A stretch of 64,000 bases of DNA, from contig MNCI01001197.1 of the NCBI GenBank assembly GCA_015680685.1, forward strand, positions 356,056-420,055, given 5' to 3'. Positions 41,344-54,564 of this stretch are shown here, one piece after another. Position 1 is the first letter of the stretch. Each line of letters begins with the position of its first letter. A program made the position numbers and the translations under genes. The notes under the pieces are model-generated. The model searched no databases and was not told the DNA's origin. It worked only from the letters and a program-made list of their open reading frames with translations. The DNA comes from Gnetum montanum (taxonomy: Eukaryota > Plantae > Gnetophyta).

Positions 41344-42113
41344 TGATGAGTGGCGAGGTACCCCTACACTCAACCATACGAATACGAGCGTTTTCACGCA
41401 TGATCCGGTTGAACTCCGCAGACAGACCTGTTGTGGCACCCAGATAATTATCCTTAGGTCGCAGTTCACTATCTTCCCACCTGGACTAGTATTATATTTT
41501 TCACGTATAGTTTATTCCAGAGTGAGGTGTATGATGGGTTTCCTAATCTAATGCTACTCTTGAAGGCAATGGAAAGTAATGCTTACTAAAGTACGAGAGA
41601 CAGGGTGAGAGAGAATCTAAACTAGCCTAAGTGCAATGAGCATCCGTTCCTTGATCATCCATACACATCTTGGACTTCATGCACAACTACCACTGGGATT
41701 ACCAAGTAGTCACACTTAAATGTTCGTAATCAAGTCGTACTCATTCCACATTTTAACATGAGTTTAAGGGTGAGAGAGAGACTAATTAGGAAAGTAGTAA
41801 ATAACAATTAAATAAATAAATAAACAAATTGAATGCTGCAATGATGAAGTAATCTCGATCTTAATTGTCGATCATGTGGGTGTCCAAGTACGTCACACTT
41901 GAATAAAGGATGTCGTACAATTACATTCATCACATTGTGGGCATAAACTAGAAAATAATCTATCTCTAGGGGGATAAAACTGCCAGAGCTTCACTATAAT
42001 CTAACCTATGTTGTTAAACAAGGGAGAGCAGCCTCTTATTTATAGAACTGGTGATGGACTGCGATATCACGGCAGACGCGATATCGCTACCCATGCGATA
42101 TCGTGTTCCATCA
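41344..42113 (-). mobile_element. Athila-family solo LTR (770 bp)
   Basis: The first ~80 bp are nearly identical to those at 15391 and 21795; same TATA box and GCGATATCGC array; ends ttccatCA. No flanking PBS or PPT. The TSD is imperfect (ATGGA/ATAGG). Confidence 0.85.
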
Positions 42114-42585
42114 ATAGGAGAACATTTGGGCTTTACTTACTCAAGAATTTTTTAATTCTCATATCTAATGTGTGAATTTGATGCACATTTACATGTTTTG
42201 GGAATTTTTCATTGAAAATTAAGGATAAAAATGAAATTCTCACATTTTAAAAAATGACTGAATCTATGGTAGCATGTCATCTAAATTAGTTATTACGTAT
42301 TAGTCTATGTAGCATGCTCATAAATTACAACTATGATGAGGATTCAAACTACTTAAACCTAATTAATAAAATCTTGAGTTTCAAGATTAGATCATGTTTA
42401 AAGAATATTTCATAATGTGTTGGGTGAACTATGTGTAGTGAAGACCTTATTTATCTTGAAGTCTTTTTGTCTAGAAAATGTAGATAACTATGGTGCTTGG
42501 GTGATACATAATGATCTACAACATGAAGGATGAATAATCTTTCCTAAAACTTGTTTCTGATCCATAGTGTTCATGGAATCATGGG

Positions 42586-43410
42586 TGATGGAACATCAAT
42601 AAGGACTGCATTGACACATGCCTATTGACACAACCCAATCAATGCATCTCAGGATGCATTGATGCATTTGCGTCGATGATAATACAATCATTACCTATAT
42701 AAATGCACACACCAATCATATTTATGGTACCATTAGGTCATTACCTTAGCTAGACTCTTGCAATTTCTTTTCATAGAAGTTAGTAATGTTTTTCCTCTAA
42801 GTGTATACAACATAGATCAAATTGATTGTACAACATTTTATTCAAGTGTAATATGTACCTAGACACAATTGCATGAATGACAATAAAATTAAGATTTCTT
42901 CTATCCATTGCAACACTTGGATTAGTTTAACTTTACTTTCTAGTAATTTACATTGAATGAAATTTACTTTCTTCTTATTCAACATTTAATATTATAATTC
43001 ATAATTAATGTGAGTACAATCACTTCATGTATAACATATTAACACTTGGTAATTCTAGCAGTGAATACTTGGCATACCTAGTAGTATTAATATACATTTA
43101 TAATGTGTATAAAAAGTGGAAATGAATGTTCCATATTTAGGATAGTTTGGTTAATTAATTAGTTAATTTAAATATTAAATATTCCTATATTTAATCATTT
43201 TTAAAACATAAAAAATAATAAAAATTATAAAAATAAATATCTTACACCTCATTGACACTTAATCATACCAACAGATTAGTGTTGATTGGAAAGACAATGA
43301 TTAGCAAACTACCTTTCACCATCTAAGGATATAGGCCACTTAGGCAAATAGAGTCCATACAATTCAACCAAATCATATGATTGAGTGAAGGAAATACTCA
43401 CTGCTCATCA
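42586..43410 (+). repeat. 5' LTR of copy 2
   Basis: TGATGGAAC...ctcatCA; reverse-complement homology to the 41344 and 21795 LTRs; TATA at ~42697. Confidence 0.8.
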
Positions 43411-46400
43411 TTGGCATTGTTATTGGAGAGTTTATTTTAGCTAATTACGCTAAGTACTATTAAATAGTGAAATCATACAAAGTCATTGTAAAAAGTAAAT
43501 AACACATCATCTTTTAGAAAATAAATAATAGTATTTTATCTATGCATACTATATCAAAACAAACTAAGATGTCTTATTCTCATAGGAATGATTCACCATC
43601 ACTTGTCAATGACTCTAACCAGCAACATGGCAAAACTACAAGAAATGCTAGTGAGATACCTCAACAATTGAAGGCAATCTATGCACATCCGGACCTCTAT
43701 TATCCAAAATTTGGCTTCATCCTCCATCAAGATGAATAGTTATTTTGGAGGGACTTGGAGGCTAAAAATATATTACCTCCTAATCATTCTATACCTTTAA
43801 CGCTCATGGCAACTCTCATGAAATTGGGGCTTAAACTAGTAGGCTTGGATTACCAAGTAATAGAGCACCTTACCAAAGATTATCATCCAACAGAGGCCCA
43901 TCATAGGAAAGATCAATGCATGGAGGCACGCCATGAAGCCTCCAAGGAAATATAGGTCATAATCCCATTATTTTAGCAATCATAGAAAGAGGGCCTAAAA
44001 TTTCTATTAGGGAAATCTTAACAGCAAGGCTCTCCTCCTTTCAACAAGGGAGAAACAACTCACCAATGGTTATAGTAAACCTTGGTGGATAACCAAGATG
44101 AGGGGAGAACTAGTTTTAGAACCAAAAGAACCTCAAGACTAAGGTCTTATAACTATTCATCAAAAGAACAATCAAGGGACCAAAGAAGAAGGATAATTCA
44201 ACATCACTCTCCTAGTCCTTCATCTTCACCATCCTTCTCATAATCAAATTTTGACATGAGGAACTAGGACCAAGACTGAAGGAGGAATGATCGAGACTAA
44301 GATGAAGATGACCAAAGATCCCATCATAGGAATGGAATAAGAAAGCATAGTCAACAACAAGAAGAAGGGAAGCATAATTAGAAAAGAAGGCATAGCAAGT
44401 CACATCATAGAAGACATGACCATGATAGGGACCATTGTGAACATAATGACTATGATGAACTACTTCTTACTAGAAGAAATATGATCAATATTCTATAAGT
44501 ATTTTATATTCCTAGTATTAAATGGATATCTAAATCAAACATCTTGACATGAATAAAATTGCTAAATTTGAAGGTGGATCTAATGATGATCCACAACATC
44601 ATTTGGAAGCCTTCCATGAAGCCTGTGCATTGTAGAATATTCAAAACAAGTATCCAAAACTTAAACTATTTCCTAGGATACTTATTAAAGAAGTTAAAAG
44701 TTGATACAATTCCTATGAGCTAGAATCTATTCATAGATGGAGCATAATGCTAGAGCTATTCAATGATAAGTATCAAACATACTCAAAGGTGTTCAACTTG
44801 AGAAAATACATCCATGGGTGGAAAAAATGTAATCATTGGTCCTTTAATGTAGCCTTGGAAAGATATTACTCTCTTTGCCATCGATGCCCATGCCATGATT
44901 TTTCTCAAAGGGAATAGCTTGGCCAAGTAATAGATGGTTTTAGGAACAAAATCATAAAGACCCTTGGAGTTTATGACCAAGGAAGATTTTCAGAGATGAG
45001 GACCCATCAAATACAAAGGCTTATCAATCAATTGGCTAAGAAATAAGGAGAACTTAAAAAAAGAGAAAGTGTAGAGGAGTATAATAAAGATCCCTCCATT
45101 CACAAAAGGAAGGTATATTTTTGTGGTCCTGAGGAGGAAGCACCACTAGACAAAGTGGTACAAACAAAAATCTTGCCGATCCAAAAATGTATCATAGGGA
45201 TATTAGCTAAGGTGGACAAAATGTGAGACTCTTTGGATGAGAATTTTCATATAGCTCTAAAGATTGTGGAGAAGAAAATGAAGTAGGAGAATTGAGATAA
45301 GAACAGAAAGAGAAGAAGGAATACAAGAAAGAAATTCTATTAGTAGAAAGGTAAGGCTATAATAGTTGATGAGATTGTAGATTCTAAAACATATGAAGAA
45401 GGATGTAACATATGTTAATATGAATATTTTAAGGAATTCTGTCTTATATTATCACACTTACAAAAATATGAGGTATATGCTTTAAATCCAAAGTCTGTAA
45501 AAAGGAAACTACCCAAAATATTACCTTATCCACAAGGTAATTTTCAATAGAAATTCCACCAACCATAGTAATATTTAAGTAGAGTACTACCTCAACCTCA
45601 AGACCATTATCACCAATGAAAAAACTCATACACATGGGGGATGCCACCACCAAAGTAGTAATACATTTATCATTATCTAGATATGTATGGTTATGATGTC
45701 CAATAACCTATATTTTTTCATGGCTCTACGAGCCACACTTCCCTCATCACTATTCTCTCCCCGAATATCATAGAACACCTACTCCATGAGCTAAATCTTC
45801 TTCCACTTATCCTTCTCATTATCTACAATATCATCTTTCATCCTCTAATTTCATTCCTTTGCTATTTTCATCACCTATGGAAGGTAAAATTCCACATCAA
45901 CGTTAACAATGTAATGCAATGAGGGCTGTGAACTTACAATGGGACTACAATTCAAGTGGATCTAAGTGTAAGCTTAAGAAAAGGACTTTCATCAAATTCA
46001 ATAGTCCACCCAAATCATCCCAAAAATCTCTAGATACTCATTCTTCACAAACTACTTTAGAAATTATGAACGAGCCACCTTCAAATCAAAGATTCCAAAA
46101 TGTGCATACTGTCATGTTAACTCATGGAAAAGACCCAATCCTAGAAGTCCTCTAATCTACTCATAAATTGTAGGAAATGATCCATGTAAAGCTCTACTAC
46201 ACTTGGATTTTCAGGTAAACATAATTTCTTAAGAAATATACAAAACTTGGAACCTACATTCACTAAAAAATGTAACATCAACATATAGCTTATTGATCAA
46301 TCCATCATTGTTTCCTTGGGATTTGTGGAGAATATTGTGGCCACCATTTGTAGATGGTCTTATCTAGAGGATTTCTAGTAATCCATGTGGAAAATTGTAA

Positions 46401-48411
46401 GGGAAACTTCCTAATTATTATGAAAAAGGCATGGCTAAGCACAATTGATGCCAAGCTAGGGATCAGAGACCTTTCCTTGGAAATCTTCAAGGAAAATGAT
46501 TTTGGAAAAGTCAAGAAGACAAGGATTCCATGCATCGCATATAATGATATAGGGATTAATTATATGCAAAAAATTTAGGCTATCAGGAGCACATCCATCA
46601 CAACATGTAATAAGTATGCCAAAACATCAAATTTTCAAAGGTGGCTATATGCAACAACCATAAAACAAGTAGATACCTAGTGGCGAACAACAAATGATAG
46701 ATCTAGTTCAACAATATGCATTGAACCAGTTGAGGTCCTCACAAGTGCATAGATTGATAAGATAGATGAAATGGAAAAAAATTTAGAATTAACTCTTCCA
46801 CACATAAGTAGAAATGAATGAGGAAAGGTTGAAATTTTCTAATGATTTCAAACAAGAACTCCTTGACTTCAAAACTTTACAAGAAACTTTGGAGTATGTA
46901 TTTCTTAATAATGATAGGTTGATAATCATCAATGTCAATTATATGATGAACTAACTAAATCTATGTATATGCCAACATCGAATCTATACAGACTCCACCA
47001 TCAAACCTAGAAGGAAATCGAAGAGAAGAATAAATCCCAAGATGAAACAAGTTGTCAAAAATGAATTTGATAAACTTCTTAAGGCATGATTCCTATATCC
47101 TATAGCAGAAAGTGAGTGGGTAAATCCATTGATTATTTTACTAAATAAAGAAGGACAATGGATGATCTATATTGAATTTAGGCTATTGAACATGGCCACA
47201 TTTAAAGATTATTTTCCATTACCATTTGTGAACCAAGAATTGGATATAATTGTAATACACCATGACTATAGTTTTTTGGATGGGTATAATGACTATAACC
47301 AAATCCAAATTATAGCAAATAAACATGCCAAGATAACTTTTACAAGTTTTTGGGGGAATTTTACATCAAAAGATGTCCTTTGGCCTTTGTAATGCTCCTA
47401 CAATATTCTAATGCTTAGTCCTAAGAATCATTTAGCAATATATTGATAGTGGTGTGGAAGTCTTCATGGATGAATTCTCTACTGATTGTACTAACTTTGA
47501 GTAGGCATTGAACCATCTTTAGCAGGTACTCAAATGATGTGTAGAAACAAACCTACAGTTCAATTGGTAGAAGAGCCACTTAATAGTCAGAGATGGCATT
47601 ACCTTAGGCCATAGAGTTTTGAGAAAAGGAATAGAGGTGGAACCTACAAAAAGAAGGGTCATCGGAGGAATAACCAAACAATCTCAAACTATCAAAGATG
47701 TGAGGTCATTCATTGTTCATACTAGTTCCTATAGGCGCTTCATAGAATATTTTTCTAAAATCAACAAACTACTAGTAGAGCTCACCAAAAAAGATGCAAT
47801 CTTCAAATGGACCAAGGAATGTGAACAAGCATTCCAAAACTTGAAGAAGAAGATCAAGCTCCAATTCTACATGCTCCAGATTGGTCCAAACCATTTCATA
47901 TCATGATAAATGCATCTAACTATGTCTTGGAAGTGGTGCTTACACAAATGGATGATCAAAAACATCCATATTATATCCATTATGCAAGAAGGAGAATTAT
48001 GGGTGTGTAACTAAACTACACCACCACTAAAAAAGACCTCATGGTAGTGGTGTATGCCTTAGAAAAATTTAGGCACTATGTGCTTGGATACCCAGTTTTT
48101 GCATAGACGATCCACAGTGTAATCTGATTCCTCATGAACAAACCATCAATAAATCCTTGTGTTACAGGGTGATTTGTGATCTTATAGGAATTTGATCTTA
48201 CCATTATGGATAGAAAAGGGACAAAGAATATAGTTATAGATCATTTGTCTCAGTTAGGATGGAATACCAACAAGGATAAAGAACCTTTATTTGATCAATT
48301 TCTAGATGAACTCCTCTTTGATAAGTCCATCAATGTTAAAACACTAATGATCACAAATTCATATGAGAAGTTCCTCTTATATCTACTCACACAAAAGACT
48401 CCTACTAAATG

Positions 48412-48984
48412 TATGACATCTCATTCTTGGATGTCATGGCAAACATCAAATATACATTATATTAGACATTATGCATAAGAAAATAACATACCAAATGTCA
48501 AATATATGTAACATTTAACATTATGCGTAATGAAAATAATAGGAAAAATGTAGAATAAAAAGAGAAAAATGATTTATTGATGTAGAATAGTGTATCTGGA
48601 TCATGCTTTAAGAGTTTTCCTTGGGGTTTTCTTCCTTCAATATCTATCCCTTAAAGGCAATCCAACACTGCCACCATGGTTAGGCCTATAATCGACCATA
48701 AGGGATTGCCAGTCCTCTTCCTGTGCCACTTCACTTGGCACTCATTACTCACCTTTACCAACTTTGCAACTCCATGCTAATATGACCTCGATGCCTAGGT
48801 ATAAATACCTTAGGTTAAACTCCCAAAGGACACCTCAAAAGACACATCTGTTATTACAACATGTCCTTTCAAGCATTAATTACAACTCCCTTTTTATGTC
48901 TATCTATGATAATGATAACACTTGTTATGAAGAGGTTCCATATTCACTATGCAACAACACCATTTTGAGAATGGAAACATTATA
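48412..48984 (-). repeat. 3' LTR (573 bp)
   Basis: Aligns with 50793-51363. ORFs 48764 and 51170 in the track are duplicated shadows of this repeat. Termini are TG..CA decayed to TA..TA. Confidence 0.9.
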
Positions 48985-49399
48985 ATTTACCCCCCTTGGC
49001 TTATGTTCATCCTCAAATGAATCCATGTTCACTATCTATTTCCAACTCCAATGCTCCTTTTTATGTTCCTATGCTTGAATAATTTGATTTCTTCTTTGAA
49101 CTTGAAGTTGTTTCTTGCTTATTCTATAAACAAGACATATCTAAGAAGAATTTATATAAATATTAAATATTATTTTATCAATACTTACTTCATTTTCTAG
49201 GATAATGACAAGATTTGAATTGAAGATTTACTACCACCAATCACTAGTCCTAACCATTGTCACACAAAGTGCAACTCGTATCTAGTTATCCAAGTGAAAG
49301 GTAGGTAAAATCCTTATTTTCAACTTTCATTACCATTGAAATTTTACTTATAAAATTAAAAAATAAAGAAAATTATGAAAATCATAAATAAAAGTAATG

Positions 49400-50722
49400 T
49401 TAAGATACTTCCTGATCTTGATCAACCTTGGGAATCATTGGAAGTAATTGTAGTTCTACCATGAGTGGTATATGATCATATCATCTTATTCGGGATGGCA
49501 AAGCTTGATCTTAATTCATCTCAATTTCTTCTTTAGAAATTCAATCTAATAACTTGGTAACTTGGAATAATCGAATATTGTACTAAATATAATCTTGGAT
49601 CTTAATGAATAATGTTGTTGATCCATCTTCATTAATCATGAGAAAGTAATTACTGAACTATGGTTCTTGATGAGTACCATCCATTAATATCATCTGTTCC
49701 TAAATTCTCAAATCTGATTTATTTATTGGAGATTCAAAGTAAGTAGAATATACAGTGATTAATGGAATTGCATGTTGAATTGATGGAAACATCTTCTTCA
49801 AATCAAGTTCATCTTCCAAGGATTCCTTTACACATCCATGTTTTAAGAATTGATAAACACTACTTCCAACTTTCACATTGAAGTCTTCACAAAGGACAAT
49901 TGGCACTAGATTGGTATATTTTAAGAATAACTTGGTCTTCAAACTTTCCTCTATTTTCTTAATCAAGTATGTCCCTTGACATAGTCTAACATCTGGACAT
50001 GTTGATTTGGCAATTAAATGTATGTTGATCATGCATAAATATCTTCATAATAACTCAATTTTTACTATCACTACCAAAACAACGTGGTTTTTCTAGAACC
50101 TTGATTGTTCTTTCTTTCCCATGATTTGAAGTTTTAGGATTTCAAAAATCATATCTTTTAAACTTCATTCAAATCTTTATATTAATTCAAACTTGGCTTC
50201 TTCATAAAATATTCCACAACCATCCATGTTGTGATTTCTACAATAGGCTAATTTGCATGGCTCAAAAGAAGGACTTTCAAAAGAATATTTTTGCTTATAA
50301 ATGTCTCTATATCCCATATTTTTCAAGTCTAGTTTGAATTGGTATAGGAATTCCCATGGCAAGACTTCTTCTAGGAATAAGACATCAACATCCAACTCTT
50401 GTAACTCTACTAAGATGTGTGGGTATCAATTCTCATGCCAATCCAAGGCCCATGGTGAACAAAGCAAATGTTGTCTCTCGCTAGCTAGGAAACTTGCAAG
50501 CACATTGTATGTTGCAACTTTCATTCTCATTCTTGAATTTTTTTTTGGACCATTACTCTTTATGGATGTCATACACCTTGTCAAAACGAGATTATCACTC
50601 TCCATGTTATTCTACTGTATGATTTGGTTGCACTTCATGGTTCTTTTATAGATGTATGGATCATCTTGGAGATATGACACATCTGGTCATGGTCCATGGC
50701 TCTCCTTGGATCTTGGCTCCAT
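49400..50722 (-). pseudogene. Intronless CCR4/nocturnin/PDE12-family EEP deadenylase-like ORF (441 codons, ~13 in-frame stops, no frameshift)
   Basis: Single-frame hand translation: MKVATYNVLA..CSPWALDW..ILVELQELDVDVLFLEEV..DGCGIFY..KNHVVL..CMINIHL..DVRLCQ..PIVLCEDFN..GSSVYQFL..EP*FSNY..QDYI*Y..LPS..YDHIPLMVEL. Includes track ORFs 50177-50395 and 49700-50032. Confidence 0.88.
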
Positions 50723-50792
50723 GATTAACCATCAAGTTGTAGTCAACCCATGGTTTTAATTTACCCTTGGGTCATGGTTTTCTTTGATACCA

Positions 50793-51363
50793 AATATCCC
50801 ATTTCCAAATGTCATGCCAAACATCATATATATGTTATACTGGACATTATGCATAAGAAGATAATATACCAAACATCAAATATAAGTAACATTCAACATT
50901 ATGCATAAAGAAAATAATAGCAAAAATGTAGAAGAAAAAAGAGAAGAATGATTTATTGATGTGAAATAGTGTATCTGGATCATGCTCTAAGAGTGTTCCT
51001 TGGGGTTTTCTTCCTTCGACATCTATCCCTTAGAGGCAATCCAGCACTGCCATCATGGTTAGGCCTATAACCTACCAAAAGGAATGGTCAATTCTCTTCC
51101 TGTGTTGCTTCACTTGGCACCCATTACTCACCTTTATCGACTCCACAACTCCATGTTGATAAGACCATTATGCTTGGGTATAAATACCTTAGGTCAAACC
51201 CCAAAAGGTCACCTCAAAAGATATGTCCGTTATTACAACATGCCCTTCTAATTCTTAATTATAGCTTTCCTTTTAGATATATTTATGATAATGATAACAC
51301 TTGTTATGAAGAAGCTCCATATTCACTATGCAACAACACCATTTTTGGAATGAGGACATTATA
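50793..51363 (-). repeat. 5' LTR of the CCR4-carrying element
   Basis: Adjacent to the PBS; aligns with 48412-48984. The last few bases next to the PBS are eroded. Confidence 0.88.
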
Positions 51364-54300
51364 GAATGGGATCATAGGAAGAAACAATATTTTCTTCACC
51401 AAGTCAAACATTACATGGAGATTAGAGGCAACCTCTACAAGGTTTATACTAATGTCCTAGTACGATGGTGTGTATCCAATGCAAATTAGTTGAGAATTCT
51501 CTAGGACACTCATGAAGGTACTTGTGCAGGCCACTATGTAGAAAGGAGAATAAACACTAAGATTCTTATGGCAAGATGCTCACCATTTCTCTTGTTCATG
51601 CAAAATGTGTCAACTATATGGAGGACTGACCATCTAAATGGAAGGATCTCAATAGTGGACTCAACCACTAAAGCCTTTTGACCTTTGGGGTATTTATTTG
51701 ATGAGAATCATTACTCCCATGTCTAATGGAAACGCCTACATTATTGTCAATATTGACTACTATACTAAGTGGGTTAAAGCTAAAGTAGTATTTGATTATA
51801 CATCTATCATAATAGGCCAATTTTTCTAAAAATATGTAGTAAACTGGTTTGGTGTGCCTAGAGCACTGATTTCATATAACAAAACACATTTCATAGGTTC
51901 TACTTTTTGCAAGTTAATGCAATTCTTTGGGGATGAAACATAAATCCATAACACATTATCATCCCCAAGCTAATGGTCAAGCATAGGTCACTAATAGGAA
52001 AATGATAAGAATTCTAATGTGAACCATTAGTAGATATAGGAAAGATTGGAGCACCAAACTCAACAATGCCCTTTAGGCATATCTCTTAATGTGGAAACCT
52101 TTTATAGGTACTCTCAATATGAGTGAGTGTATGGAAAGTTACCAAAACTTATAATTCAAACTAAAATTTGTACAATTACAACTACATGTGAACTTGAGAT
52201 AGATAGTAATTTAGCACAAAAATAATGACGCATGATACTTCATGTGCTAGATGAAAACTGAAAAGTAGAACTAATGATGAATGATGTGCACAAGGCACAT
52301 AATAAACAACATCACAATTCATAGATAATGTAAGTTACATTCAGACTAGGAGATAAGGTTCTCTATTAGAATCCCATTCATGTGCCACAACGAACTAAGC
52401 TCTAGACATTATTCAAAGAATCTTACATTATCCATTCATCTTTTTCATCTATGGCCATGAAAATTTACAATCCAAGAATCTTCTAAAAGCACATGTTAGT
52501 TAACACCTAATCACTTTAATCATTCATGAAATCCCTTTCTTCAACTTAGTCTTGGGGGAGTTATCTAACAACCATAAAATCTTGAAAGGGATAACTAATT
52601 TTTCTTCCTTTTATTTTGTAACATTCATTATATGTTTTCAAATTTTCTTAAAATTTTATTGGTTATTTTATATATTTTCCTTTTTCCTTGTTATTTATTA
52701 TTCTCTTGTCATTTTATTATCATCTTCATCATGTTTTATTTGAAATCTTGGATTTTATTCCACTACTACTATGAATTTTGGAAATTTTTAAATGTAAATA
52801 TTAAAATTATGATTGATTACAAAAAGATAAATTTTTTCCTTGGATTATATCCTCTATTAATAGTCTATTATTTTTTTTATGGTATCAAGTAATGAGTTCA
52901 TAACATCCTTCCATTTCATCTATTCCATGTAGATTTTACATCATAAGATCATGAAGGTTCTTTCACATTGAAACTAAAAAGTAACATGTAATCTTGTTAT
53001 TCAACAAAATAGAAAAGAATAAAGTGGGAATGGAAAAGGATGTGACCTTAAGGACATCTATTATGCTCTTTTCTCAACTTCTTCTTAAGTTCTATGATTC
53101 TTCATTATTATACCATCACTTCTACTATCGACCATAAAAGAAAACATGTCTTTGCATGGTGTGGTTCTTGTACTAATAATAATAATAATAGAACAACAAA
53201 AATAAGAATAAAAATTCAAAGCACATCCCTTAGATAATTTCATGAGCTACAAGCACTAGTTATGGGGCTAGAAAGACATGTTACCCATGCTTGAAGGCAT
53301 CCCTCTAACTAAGGTTCTACCTACTTCCTTCTTTTCTTTTCTTATTCTCTTGGAGTAATGGTTATCCTTGTGGTTCTCATGGACTCTTAATGATAGACAG
53401 TATGGACTATGTCAATGCAAGGTCACTATAATAAAAATGGACTTGGTCTGAGCTTAGAATGAAGAAGTATCAAATCATCTTAATCACATAATTCACCAAG
53501 GATCTTTCATGATCAAAAAGAAAATAACCTATCCATTATTCTCTATCTACCATTTACTTACTCTGCCATCTATCATATCACTACCTCTTACCATGGTAAA
53601 TTGATAAATTTACTTCTAGTCCACATAATCCTAAGATAATACCTTATATGAGTATAAAATTTAGCTTAACTTTAAATAAACATACATCATCCTAGGTGCC
53701 TATGGACTCCTTGTGGTGAGGTTATGCAAGGATATATTAGGCATACATCTACTTTGGGGAGGACCCACTTACATCACTTTTTGTTTACCTTATGTTAAAT
53801 TCCCCAACCATAGGTCAATTTCACACTCAATCATCTCAATAACCTTAAAACATCTATTTTTTGTTCTATCTTCTTATCAAAATATCCTTTAATAACTCAT
53901 CCTATGTCCTCTAATTGCTTCTATTTGATGAACCATAATCTCTTTTATGTTGTTTCTATAATTATCCAACTTTTTGACTTTCATTTGGCACTTATTTCAA
54001 CCTAAAACTCATCCAAAATTCCTTAATTTTCAAGTGAAAAATCTAGCTATGAATAGCCACATCAATGCATCCTTGTTGACATAGTGGAATGAGTTGACAC
54101 AACCCTATTAATACATAGCATATTGGAATGAGCAACATTTCTTCCAAATACCAAAGGAGTTTTTACCTTTTTTAAAGCTAAAGAACCTTCCAAGAGCTCT
54201 AACTTCCAAATCCCTTACCTATATTTGAACATTCTTCTATCCTCAAGCTACTGAAGGTATGCTTTACGTTGTGGAAGCATTAAACATTAGGGTTTCATAG

Positions 54301-54564
54301 AAAAAGTTTTGAAAATTCTTAACTCATCATGAATAAGATATTAAAATAATATTAATTAATGATCATAAAAGTAATATCAATGATCAAGCTCTATTAGAAC
54401 ATTAATAAAATAATATCATAATTTTGTGATCAATCAATAAGGACTTAATGATGAGATTCCAACATCTAACTAATAAACACAACTCGATCTAACAAGGAAG
54501 AGGATCTAAAGGAACCAAAAGATTATTCCTAAGAACTAATCTTGGGTTATGTTTGTGACCGTAG

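Larger units (their letters stand above)
48412..51363 (-). mobile_element. Small (2952 bp) non-autonomous LTR retroelement carrying a CCR4-like ORF
   Basis: Direct repeats at 48412-48984 and ~50793-51363; TSD AAATG/GAATG (48407-48411, 51364-51368); minus-strand PBS TGGTATCAAAG (50782-50792) and PPT GGGGGGTAAAT (48985-48995). Removing it restores the integrase as seen in copy 1 (~2110-2135). Confidence 0.92.
43542..52500 (+). pseudogene. gag-pol: Athila gag-pol pseudogene; integrase is split by the insertion at 48412-51363
   Basis: Gag is homologous to 19751-21648 (KFEGGSNDDPQHHLEAF, KLKLFPRIL). RT motifs KDYFPLPF and FLDGYNDYNQI; VRSFIVHTSSYRRFI; RH; DRKGTKNIVIDHLS; INT YHPQANGQ. Confidence 0.9.

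Noticed and set aside
50301-50651. 116-aa plus-strand ORF inside the small element
   Set aside because: Antisense shadow of the CCR4-like frame.
49400-50722. Reading the EEP ORF as a LINE endonuclease or as a functional host gene
   Set aside because: The CPxWALxW, DGCxIFY, DVRLxQ and EPxFxNY motifs are CCR4-type, and no RT follows. About 13 stops and the LTR context exclude a currently functional gene at this locus.
52552-52892. Hydrophobic ORFs resembling membrane proteins (also 9170, 9746, 31783, 35394)
   Set aside because: Translations of T-rich non-coding spacer or LTR sequence.
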